DNA of 42,229 nucleotides from positions 1 to 42,229 of the forward strand of contig WQXC01000001.1 of assembly GCA_009785045.1 (NCBI GenBank), in the 5' to 3' direction. Below are positions 1 through 11,000 of this stretch, piece by piece (within the stretch, counting starts at the first letter, position 1; every line of letters starts with the position of its first letter). The position numbers and the translations under genes are program-made. The DNA is from Treponema sp. GTDB lineage: Bacteria; Spirochaetota; Spirochaetia; Treponematales; Breznakiellaceae. The notes below the pieces were generated by a model. It saw nothing but the letters and a program-made list of their open reading frames with translations. It searched no databases and was not told where the DNA came from.

Positions 1-440
1 AAAACATTAATTCCAACGCCAATATGAACATTTTTGCCGTCTGCCTCGCATAAAATACCAACTGCTTTTTTATTACCTATCATAATATCATTGGGCCATT
101 TCACTTTTACACTTTCCTTAAGCGAAGACGCAAAATCCTCGATTGCCAAAGAAATTGCAAAACCGGTTCGCAGAGTAAGCGCCGGCGGAATATCATCGAT
201 ATGTTTGAATTGAAGCAGGATAGTAAACGGCAGGTTCACTCCCCTCTCCATCTCCCAAACTCTGCCCTGCCCCTGGTCACACCCGCGTCCCCGGCCTGCT
301 TCCTGAAAATCTGCAGTAATAACCGTTCCGTGAGACGCACCTTCCGCTGCAAGCTGTCTGGATATATCCATGGTACTTGTTACGGTTTCCATGTGATAAA
401 CCGGCGCGTTAAAGGGATTACGTACTTTTAATAAATTCAT
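1..440 (-). CDS. birA: Biotin--[acetyl-CoA-carboxylase] ligase, monofunctional (no N-terminal HTH); runs off the window edge
   Basis: Manual translation from ATG at 440: MNLLKVRNPF...VTSTMD...ADFQEAGRGRG...VKVKWPNDIMIGNKKAVGILCE...HIGVGINV. The GRGR, KWPND, K-x-x-GIL and GxGINV motifs are present. Not in the ORF track. Confidence 0.92.
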   Translation of the reverse strand, partial: MNLLKVRNPFNAPVYHMETVTSTMDISRQLAAEGASHGTVITADFQEAGRGRGCDQGQGRVWEMERGVNLPFTILLQFKHIDDIPPALTLRTGFAISLAIEDFASSLKESVKVKWPNDIMIGNKKAVGILCEADGKNVHIGVGINV

Positions 441-460
441 ACCTATGCTATTATACTCGC
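441..460. promoter_or_regulatory. Overlapping divergent -10 elements between birA and thrH
   Basis: Plus strand: TG-c-TATTAT (446-454), 6 nt before the thrH ATG. Minus strand: TATAAT (450-455), 9 nt before the birA ATG. The intergenic gap is only 20 bp. Confidence 0.6.
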
Positions 461-1063
461 ATGAACATGGTGTGTCTTGACCTTGAAGGTGTCCTTGTCC
501 CGGAAATATGGATCGCATTCTCTGAAGCTGTCGGAATCCCCGAACTGCGCCGAACCACAAGAGACGAGCCTGATTATGATAAATTAATGAATTTCCGACT
601 TGATATATTAAAGAAAAATAACCTGAAACTTCCGGATATTCAAAAAGTAATTTCCGGCATGTCTCCTTTGCCTGGCGCAATTGAATTTACAAATACATTA
701 TGCGAAAAAACCCAGCTTGTAATACTATCCGATACTTTTGAACAATTTGCAAAGCCGCTTATGTTTAAACTTTCCTGGCCTACTCTTTTTTGCAATACGC
801 TTACAGTTGCCGCCGATGGGACTGTTACAGGTTACCGCTTACGCCAGCAGAATGGCAAAAGAGAAGCCGTTAGAGCGTTTAAATCGATGAATATGCGGAT
901 TTTTGCTGCAGGCGATTCCTTCAACGACCTTGCCATGATACGCGAAGCGGACTCTGGCTGTCTTTTTTGCGCACCGGAACAAATCCGCAAAGATTGTTCG
1001 GACTTAAAATGCGTAGATACTTACGAAGACTTACTTAATATAATTAATGATTTCTTAAGTTAA
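461..1063 (+). CDS. thrH: Phosphoserine phosphatase / homoserine phosphotransferase (HAD family)
   Basis: LDLEGVLVPEIW, RRTTRDEPDYDKLM, ILSDTF and AGDSFND motifs; 200 aa. Confidence 0.92.
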   Translation: MNMVCLDLEGVLVPEIWIAFSEAVGIPELRRTTRDEPDYDKLMNFRLDILKKNNLKLPDIQKVISGMSPLPGAIEFTNTLCEKTQLVILSDTFEQFAKPLMFKLSWPTLFCNTLTVAADGTVTGYRLRQQNGKREAVRAFKSMNMRIFAAGDSFNDLAMIREADSGCLFCAPEQIRKDCSDLKCVDTYEDLLNIINDFLS

Positions 1064-1087
1064 TAATCCGCGGACAACATCTATATA

Positions 1088-2020
1088 TTATCTGTCGATT
1101 ATTCGTTTTAATGTATGATCTTTCTGGCGCCAGTCTTTGCCGGTTTTAACCCGTAAATCAAGATCGATTTTCCAGTCAAAGATACGTTTTAAATTTTTTA
1201 AGGCTGCAAGCCGGATTGCCTTTATCATTTCGCCGCCTTTGCCTACTACCATACCTTTTTGCGACTCACGTTCTACGATTATAAATGCCCTAACCCAAAG
1301 CTGCTGCCCCTTTTCGCTGTCTTCCTTAAACTCAATGTCCGCAATATCCACATACAGCGAATGAGGCAGTTCCTGGCGCAGACGGTTTATCGCTTGCTCG
1401 CGGATAATTTCTGCAATACGAAACTGTGTATCCTGATCTGTGTAGTATTCGCTGTCGTAAAGCGGCTGCCCTTCACCTGCCATTTCGTATAATGCAGTAA
1501 GAAGCTCGTTTATACCCTGGCCTGTGTTCGCAGAAACAGAAAAGATTCGCCCGTTTTCATCTGTGCCTGCTGCAGATGGAAATTTTTGTGCAATAAATTC
1601 TTTTGCGCGGTTAAAATCTGCTTCCGGAGCATCCATTTTATTTACAGCAATAACTGTTTTTCCAGCAAGCGGCGTAAGAAGAGCCGCAATCTCCTCTTCT
1701 TCTATACCAGGTGCACGCGCTGCATCCAATACATATAAAACAAGATCGCTCTCTGTTAAAGCGCGATCTGATACTTCCATAAGTTTTTTATTCATTTTTT
1801 TTTCGCTTGAATGCCGCCCTGGAGTATCAACAAAAATCAACTGGCCTTCATCGCGGTTAACTATTCCCCTGATAGCGTTACGCGTCGTTTGCGGCACTTT
1901 GCTTACAATTGCAACTTTTTCGCCGCACATTTTATTAAGCAGTGTGGATTTGCCTACGCTTGGACGTCCAATAATCGTAACAAATGCGCACTTTGGGTTT
2001 TTATTGGTTTTTTCCGGCAT
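1088..2020 (-). CDS. era: GTPase Era
   Basis: GRPSVGKST P-loop, PQTTR, DTPG, NKMD, and a C-terminal KH region (ERESQKGMVVGKGG). Confidence 0.97.
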   Translation of the reverse strand: MPEKTNKNPKCAFVTIIGRPSVGKSTLLNKMCGEKVAIVSKVPQTTRNAIRGIVNRDEGQLIFVDTPGRHSSEKKMNKKLMEVSDRALTESDLVLYVLDAARAPGIEEEEIAALLTPLAGKTVIAVNKMDAPEADFNRAKEFIAQKFPSAAGTDENGRIFSVSANTGQGINELLTALYEMAGEGQPLYDSEYYTDQDTQFRIAEIIREQAINRLRQELPHSLYVDIADIEFKEDSEKGQQLWVRAFIIVERESQKGMVVGKGGEMIKAIRLAALKNLKRIFDWKIDLDLRVKTGKDWRQKDHTLKRIIDR

Positions 2021-5000
2021 TATCTGACAACCATTACTTTTCTTATTTCGTCGATGTCAGGACCTACAACGCGTATAAAGTACATTCCTCGAGCAACAGG
2101 TCTTCCGCCGTTATTGGTACCGTCCCATCCATCTGTAAATTCGCCGGCTTCGTGCATTTCATTGCGCTTTAAGGATCTTACAAGTGTTCCGTCCAATGTA
2201 TAAACCTGTATCGTTACCCTGCCAGGACGCATCAGGCTATAGCGAAGATATGTTATTTCTCTGTTATCAGAATTGATAACATTGTTTAAAATAGTAACGC
2301 CGCCGCGCTGAAGCCTTATATCCTGAATATCAAAACTGAACGGACGAATCATTGTCCACCATTTTGCAGCGCTTACATCTGCTCCGCGCGGTGCATCAAG
2401 ACGAGCGATAAACATGTCCGGAACACTGTCCATACGGAAAATAAATTCTATCTTATCACCGCTGTTTAATGGTGTACTGCTATCAAGTCTAAAATTAAAC
2501 AATGGAGCTAAAAGTAAACCCGAATGAGGATCAAGCGGATTAATTCCGCTTACAGGAGCATATTGATAAAGCGGATCAGAGCTGTTTAGGGCAGATAAAT
2601 CAGGCTGCCACAATCCGCCTGAACTGCCTCTTGACGGAAGTTCTGCCGGATTTCTGAAACCAATAGAGACATCTCTTGTCCAGAAAAGTTCGAGTGTTCC
2701 CGGAGAAGAAAGATTTGGATTTATCCGCGCTTGCAGTTCGATATCTCCGCGCGCTTCAAGGAACTTACTGCCGTCAAAGTCCCAGATGACTCCGTTATCG
2801 ATCTGACTATCACTTTCCGGATTTGGAGAGTCAGCTAATCTTGCCCACACAGGCCATGCAAAATATTTATCAATGTCACCTGCAGCAGGAGGTATCGAAA
2901 CAAGCAAGTCGGTACTGCGGCGCACCAGTTCGCCGTCATTCGTAAACATTCCTGGTGTTACAGGAGTTCCGGATTCAAGCATTCTCATCATTTCCGGAGT
3001 TAAGACCCTGTACGGCGGAACAAATATATTTGTGTTGCGGTTTGGATTACCTGCTGGATCACTCATGGAAACAATATGACCGTTACCGCGGTATTCCAGG
3101 TAACCTGAGTATGTCCAGTCGACAGGATATTTCGGCGGAGGATAACTTGAATTTGGATCGATATTTAAATCGCTCCAGTCAAGAGCGCGTTCAGTAAGAC
3201 TCCATAATCCCTGCATTATAAACGACATAACTCCAGGAGCATCACCGACAGGCGGAAGGGAAGCCAGATCTGTTATATCCGGAGCGCTGTCAGTAATTAT
3301 CAGATAATTCAATGCGCCTTCTATTGCAGGTTCACCGGGTCTTAAACTGAAAGACTGCGGAGTATCGCCGCCTGTATATACAAGAGCATTTACCGGCCTT
3401 GGCGTTCTATCCATTCCGTTTGCTGCCTGTCCGTTAATTCTTCCGTTACTTCCAGAGCCGTCCGCATATGATGCAACAGGCTGCGACATTTGAATAAATG
3501 TCTGATTAAGTCCCGGCAGAGTCACAGTGTAGCTAATCCGCGGAGGAATTGTATTAATTGTCGAGTAAACTCTGCCGTCACTAATACCTACAGGTTTATT
3601 TCTGACATCAACAAGTGATGTATTTAAATCGATATGCCATGTTAAAGGCTTACCATCGTAAAGGACTGGTTTTTCTTCCAGATATATATAGAAAGAATCA
3701 TCATGTCCTGGAACAAAGCTATAATTTATAACACTGTAACTGTCTACAATTGCCCTAAAACCGGTAAAATTACTGGCAACAGTATCTATAGTTACGGATG
3801 TCTGCACCCTAATCCTGTCTACTCTTCCGTTACCGTTACTGTCTTCCACGAAACTGTAAATAATTTTTAAGCTTCTTTCTTCGCGCCAGTTAAAGTTAAA
3901 GTAACCAACATTTCCGGCAAAGAACGGGAATGCTCTGACATTATTTGTGTCTGTCTCTATTGTTACAGATTGATATACCGCATGGCTAAAGTAAAGCTGT
4001 ACATAGTAAATATCCAGCTTATTAATCTGCATAAGATTAAAGTTCCAAAACTTATCAGCTTCTGCAGGAACAGGAGCCAATGGGAGTCCGTTTGCCGGAG
4101 GTATCAGACCTGGAGTATGTACATGTACCCATCCGGCTGTCTCGGTCATTCTTGTAACTGTTATGCGATCTGCCTCGTTTGTGCTTCCTGTAACTCTAAC
4201 AATAAAGTCATTCAGGAAAACATGCTGATGCGGATCTGTTGAAAATTGAATTGTCGCGCCCCGCTGTTCCTGACAAATAAAGTTTTGCCAGACAGTGTTT
4301 CCGCTAATTTCAAAGAATGCTCTGTCTGCAGCGCTTACTTTTTCGAACCGTACTGAATCTGCAGGATTTTGCAGGAACGCAAACATTTGCGGATCAAGAC
4401 CTGCAGTAATTTCTTCCGGAGCGTTAATTATTGTCCAGCGGCCTACTCTTGCACCAGCATCACCGTATTTTGTTTCTGCTAATCCGGCTTTTAATATAAT
4501 ATTAAAACCTCTGGCGTCAAGAACACCGTTGGAAATTGCAAGAGTTCTTTCGTATTCAATTTCTACTTCGCCGTTAACTTCCAGATTATTTGCCAATTGT
4601 GTCAGAGAACCCGGTCTAACATGCAGGCTACCCAGAGCTTTTGTTGTTGTTAATGTCTGTGTACGCTGTGCATTTGCAGGACCGTTTCCGATCATTTCCA
4701 GGATTAACAGCGGATGATCGCCGCCCTGCAGACTGGCGCCTGTTATTGTCACATCACCGCGGGCGCTTATTGTTGCCCTGCCGGTATTGTTAACAGTAAA
4801 TCCGCTGCCTGTTAAATTGAGATTGTTTACTATCAGGTTAGAACCTGTGCCAAGAATCAATGTTCCGTTAATGCCGGCAAAATCATTTAATGTGCCTGCT
4901 CCGCCTATATGCCAGGAACTTTCGCTTATATCAAGAGTTGAACCTGTATTTAATGTCAGATTACCGCTTTCCTGAATTACATTTGCACCGCCAGTTATGG

Positions 5001-8000
5001 AAACATTTCCGTTAATAATTATATTTCCGTTAAGTGTAATATTTTCTGTTGATGTATATGTGTAGTCTCCGCGGAACTCTATGTATCCTGCACCGCTTGT
5101 TGTAAAAATAATTTCACGTGTATTTGCATCATTTCCGGTGCCAATATCAATAATAATAATGTGGAAACCTTCATCCAGTTCAATTTCAAGCTGTAGATCA
5201 AGATCACTTCTTGAAGAATCAACTATAAAGTAACCAGGGAATAGTAATTCATCAGGTTCAAAACCGTAAACAATATTTTGATCTGTTGGGATAACAAAAC
5301 TGTCATCATCATGATCACAAATACTTCCAACAATGATTCTGTTTTCATCAAGCGTACTTGTTCTTACGGTTAAACAAATGCAATTTGCCATTATTGAACC
5401 AAGTGTAATATTTCCGGTAAAATCTGCAGCAGCTAAATTACGCGCTTTTACAAACATGATGATATTATCACCGTTATCGACTGCAAACTGACATGGTACC
5501 GGCGTTATAAATGTATTGGTTAATGTAATATTGTTTACGGTATCATGGATTGTAATATTTCCGCTTATTATATTGGCAGTTAAAGATAAATTAAGCGCAT
5601 TTATATCTCCGCGAAGATCGATATTTCCGCCTGCTTCCAGAATTGCTCTGCCGGTTATATTAATTCCGCCAGTACCAATTGTTATATCACCAGCATTAAC
5701 TGTAAACGCTGTGCCGGAAATAATACCGGTTGTGGTAATAAAGCTGCCTTCTATATCTACTTCACCGTTTATATTGATGTTACTTGCTGCTTCAAGCGTT
5801 AAACTACTTGTTGTTTCGGAGTTTACTTCGTTTAGAGTAATATTTGCAGCTTTAATAGTATTACCGTTTGTGCCAGCAATTGTTAAATCTGCGCCATTTG
5901 TACTAAAATTGGCAGTAAGTTCTATATTTGCATCAGTTAATTTAATGCCGCTGCTTCCGGGATTTAATGTAAGATTAGCTGCTTTATAATCTCCAATAAT
6001 TTCGATAATGCCGGATGAACCTGCCTCTAAATTAAATATAACATCCCTGTTATTTTCACCAACGTGGTATAAATAAATGTTTTTATCATCTCTGACGGTA
6101 AATGATGCTGAAAAACTTCTATCTGCATCAATAAATACATAGTCAGTTCCAGGAGTATAAATAGTTCTGGGATCAACTGGCATATTAGAAGAGTTATAGT
6201 AAACCAAATTTCTGTTGGTAGAATAATTTATACTGTGCAAATGATATGCGTTATTTACAACATATCCGTCAAACGCATCATTGTTATAATCATCGCCAAG
6301 CCACAAGCAAAGCTCTCCGCTTCCCGGATTAATAATTTCATCTACTAACGAAGGCAGGATGAAGTTAAATGCCCTGACCATTATTGTATAATTTACATCT
6401 GCTTCAGAACAATAAATTCCTTGATTACTGGGATCTACTATTATTACAGTACCATTTATCGTTACATTGCCAGAATCAATATCTGTTATAACTGCCAATT
6501 GATAAGCAAAAACATCGCCATTTAGTGTTATATCACCGCTGGTTGATGTCAATGTATGTGTAATACTTCCAACAAAAATAATATTATCATATTCCTGATC
6601 GCCTGTAGTTGTTATGTCTGCATGTATATTCGCGCTTCCGTTAATTGTTAGTTCGTTAATGTTTTCAATTTCGCCTTTTAATGTTACATCGCCGATTATT
6701 GTTAAGGATTTTGCGCCGCCATCGATTTCGCTAAAAATAAATTCATCGCCGGTAAAGGTTCGACTTGTACCTGCGCCATTTAGCGTTACATCGCCAACAA
6801 CTTCTAACATTACTATTCCGCTGATGTCACCGTTGAATGTTGTATCGCCGGTTATTTCCAGAGAGTTACCGCCGCCGATGATCTCGCCAAGGATAAATGT
6901 TGTTCCGGTAAAGGTATAATCGCCGCCAGAGCCGCCAAGTGTAACTTCGCCGTTTACTGTTAGTTCATCTATATTAGCGATGTCACCGTTAAAGATTGCG
7001 TCACCGGTTATAGTCAATGAGTTGCCGCCGCCAAAGATTTCGCCGAGGATAAATGTGGTGCCGGTAAATGCGTAATCTTCTCCAGTGCCGCTAAGGGTAA
7101 CATCGCCGGTTATTGTTAGTTCGTCTATATCATTAATGTCACCGTTGAGGGTTACATCGCCGGTTAATGTAAGTGATTTATCACCACCGCTTATCTCACC
7201 TAAAATGATGGTGTCGGCAATAATTGAACTGTCGCCGGTTCCAGCAAGGGTTAAGTCTGCATCTGCTCTGCCGAAAGTACTATTTGTACCGGTTAATTCA
7301 ATTTCTGCGTCAACTAATTTTATACTGCTATCTGTGACTAATGTCAGCGTTTGCGTTGATTCAAAATCACCCCAAAATTCAATTGTTCCGGTGCCGCTGG
7401 TTTCAAATATTAGTTCTCTATCAACATCTGCATTTACAATATAAATATTATAGTTTTCAGAGACTATATAATATTCTTCTGTCGAAACATCGCTGTCAAT
7501 TTCAAAAAACAAATCGCTATTCAGAGCTATTATAGCCTGAAGCGGTAAAGGATATGGTTTTGTACCAAAAACTAAATGGTTGTTTTTTGGGATTCTCTGA
7601 TGGATATGATATCTTCCAATAATAATATTTGCATCAAAATCATATTCAACAACATTAAAACAAAGTTCACTATCTAATCCAGGAATAATATTTCCTGTAA
7701 AACCGCTAGCATCAAATTTTTCTGCTTCTATATATATTACAATTTCCGGAATCGAAGTAGGACATTCACCCAGTATCTCTATATCACTTGTTTCTATATT
7801 TCCGCTGCCGGTTAAAATTACATCGCCAAAATGCGCTTTTATAATTAGATTCTGCGCACTAATTGAACCGCTTATATTAATGTTACCATTTGCTGAATCG
7901 AGTGTTAGTCTGTTATTTAAATCAACTCCGCCGGCACCAATAGTTAAATCCCCTTCTGCAGAAATTGTAAGGCCAGAGATTCCTGTAACTTCACCAGTAA

Positions 8001-11000
8001 TTTCAATTTCTCCGCCAGAGGATAAGTTTATTGGATTACTGCCTGAGGCTACTACCTGGTTATAGATTTGATCGCCGCTTGTTGTGATATTTTGATTTAT
8101 CTCTGCAGTTCCAGTTATCTCAAGTACATCAATATTGTTAACAATATGTAACTCTGCATCGCCGTCAATTTTCAACGAGTTATCGCCGCCAATGATCTCG
8201 CCAAGGATAACTGTTGTGCCGGTAAACTCAAAATCAACACCTGTACCGCCAAGGGTAACATCGCCGTCTACTGTTAACATTACAATATTGATGTCACCGT
8301 TGAATGTTGTGTTACCGGTTATTGTAAGCGAATTATCGCCGCCAAAGATCTCGCCAAGAATAAATGTTGTGCCGGTAAAGGTGTAGTCTTCACCTGTGCC
8401 CCCAAGAGTAACTTCGCCGTCTACTGTTAGTTCGTCAATATTTTCAATGTCACCGTTAAAGGTCACATCACCTGTTAATATAAGCGAGTTGCCGCCGCCA
8501 AAGATCTCGCCAAGGATAAAAGTTGTACCGGTAAAGGCATAAGCTTCGCCAGAGCCGCCAAGGGTAACATCGCCGGTTACTGTTAGTTCGTCAATATTTT
8601 CAATGTCCCCGTTGAATGTTACATCACCTGTTAATATCAGCGATTCACTATTACCTTCTATCTTATTTAAAATAATGGTGTCAGCGATAATACTACTGCT
8701 GCCTGTTCCAGCAAGAGTTAATTCTGCGTCTGCTCTGCCAAATGTGCTATTTGTTCCGGTCAACTCTATCTCTGCATCAACTAATTTTATGCTGCTATCT
8801 GTGACTAATGTTAGCGTTTGCGTTGATTTAAAATCACCCCAAAATTCAATTACACCGGAGCCGCTGGTTTCGAATATTAATTCTCTTGTGACATCTGCAT
8901 TTACAATATAAATATTATAGTTTTCAGAGACTATATAATCTTCTCCTGTCGAAACACCGCTGCCAATTTCGAAAAACAGATCACTATTCAGATCTATCAT
9001 AATCTGAAGCGTCGCAGGATATGGCGTTGTACCAAAAACTAAATGTTTATTTTTTGGGATTCTCTGGTGAATATGATATCTGCCGCTAATAATACTTACA
9101 TTAAAATCAAATTCAACAACATTCAAACAGAGCTCACTGTCTGATCCAGGAATTATAAATCCAGTAAAACCGCTTGCATCAAATTTTTCTGCTTCTATAT
9201 ATATTACAATTTCCGGAATCGAAGTGGGACATTCATCCAGTATTTCTATATCTTCTGTTACTATATCCCCGCTGCCGGTTAAAATTACATCACCGAAATG
9301 CGCTTTAAATATTAAATTCTGCGCACTAATTGGACCGTTTATATTGATGTTACCATTTGCCGAATCAAGCGTTAGTCTGTTATTTAAATCAACTCCGCCA
9401 GAACCAATAGTTACATTGCCTTCTGCAGCAACTGTTAAGCCGGCGATTCCTGAAACTTCACCAGTAATTTCAATTTCTCCGCCAGAGGATAAGTTTATTG
9501 GATTACTGCCGGCGGTCACTATCTGGTTATAGATTTGATCGCCAGTTGTTGTTATACTTTGATTTATTTCTGCAATTCCGGTAATCTCAAGCACGTTAAT
9601 ATTTTCAACGATATGTAACTCCGCGTTACCGTCTATCTTTAGGGATTTTTCATCGCCGTCAATTTCGCTGAATATAAATTCATCGCCTTCAAATGTGAAA
9701 TATGTTTTTATATCGCCAGCAAGTGTTGCTTTTCTAGTTACTGTTAATGTATCCATTCCGCTGATGTCGTCATTGAATGTTACTTCACCAGTAATCGTCA
9801 GAGAGTTTCCGCCGCCTGTGATTTCGCCGAATATAAATTCATCACCTTCAAAAACAAGATCGTCGCCATCAAGCGTTACATCGCCTACTACTTCTAGCTT
9901 TACTATGTTGCTGATGTTTCCGCTGAATGTTACTTCGCCGGTTAACTCAAGTGAATTATCATTGCCGTCAATCACGCTAAGAATAAACTCAGAACCTGTA
10001 AACTCAAGGTTATCACCAAGTGTTATATCGCCGTCTACTGTCAATATATCTATTCCGGTGATATTGCCGTTGAATACTGTATTACCTTCAAATGTTAACG
10101 AACGATCTCCAGATGCTATCGTAATCTCTCCAAGATATATATTCGCAGCTTTAATTGTACTTTCACTTATTAAAACCAGAGCATCCTGTGCATCAAGCGT
10201 TAATGCCAGTGATGTTCCTGTACTTCCAAAATTTCCGGTTATATCAATCTCAGCGTCGCGAAGCAGTACACTATTTTCTGTTACAAGCGTGAGTGTTCCT
10301 GTCGATTTATACTCGCCCCAAATTTCTATTACACCAGAGCCGCTGGTAGTAAATGTTAAGCTTTTATTTGTATCTACATTAACTAGATATATGTTAAAGT
10401 TTTCAGATACAGTAAATGCCAAATCAACAATTGGAGCCGTACTTGATAATAGGAAATAAGAATCAATATCTCCGCCAATAAGTGTATCAAGATCATCAGG
10501 TAAGGTTGTTACGGTATAATATACAAGATGTTTGTTTTCCGGTAATTTTTGATGAATATGATAGCGTGATGAATCAATTACATCAGGATCTATCGGTCTT
10601 GGTAAATAATCTATTACATTCAGGCAAAGTACACTGTAGTCACCTGGTATAATTTCACCGTCAAATCCGCTCGCGTTAAAATTAATTGCTTCGACATATA
10701 TCGATATATCAGAAATCTCACTTGGACATTCATCTAAGATTTCTTCATCACTTGTTTCTATTGTTCCGCTGCCTATTAAAATAACATCGCCTGATTGAGC
10801 GCGCATAATCAAGTTAAGAACCGAAACAGAGCCGCTTAAACTAATATCACCATTTTCAGAATCGAGTATTAAACCAATTGTTTCTGCAGCACCACAAGTA
10901 ATGTCACCAGTTATTACGATATCGCTTGCGGAAGATAAGGTTATCGCTGTAGTCCCAGCAAGCGTTATATCGCCGCCGAAAATCAGGTCGCCAGTTGTGG

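Noticed and set aside
201-431. 76-aa plus-strand ORF
   Set aside because: Antisense to birA.
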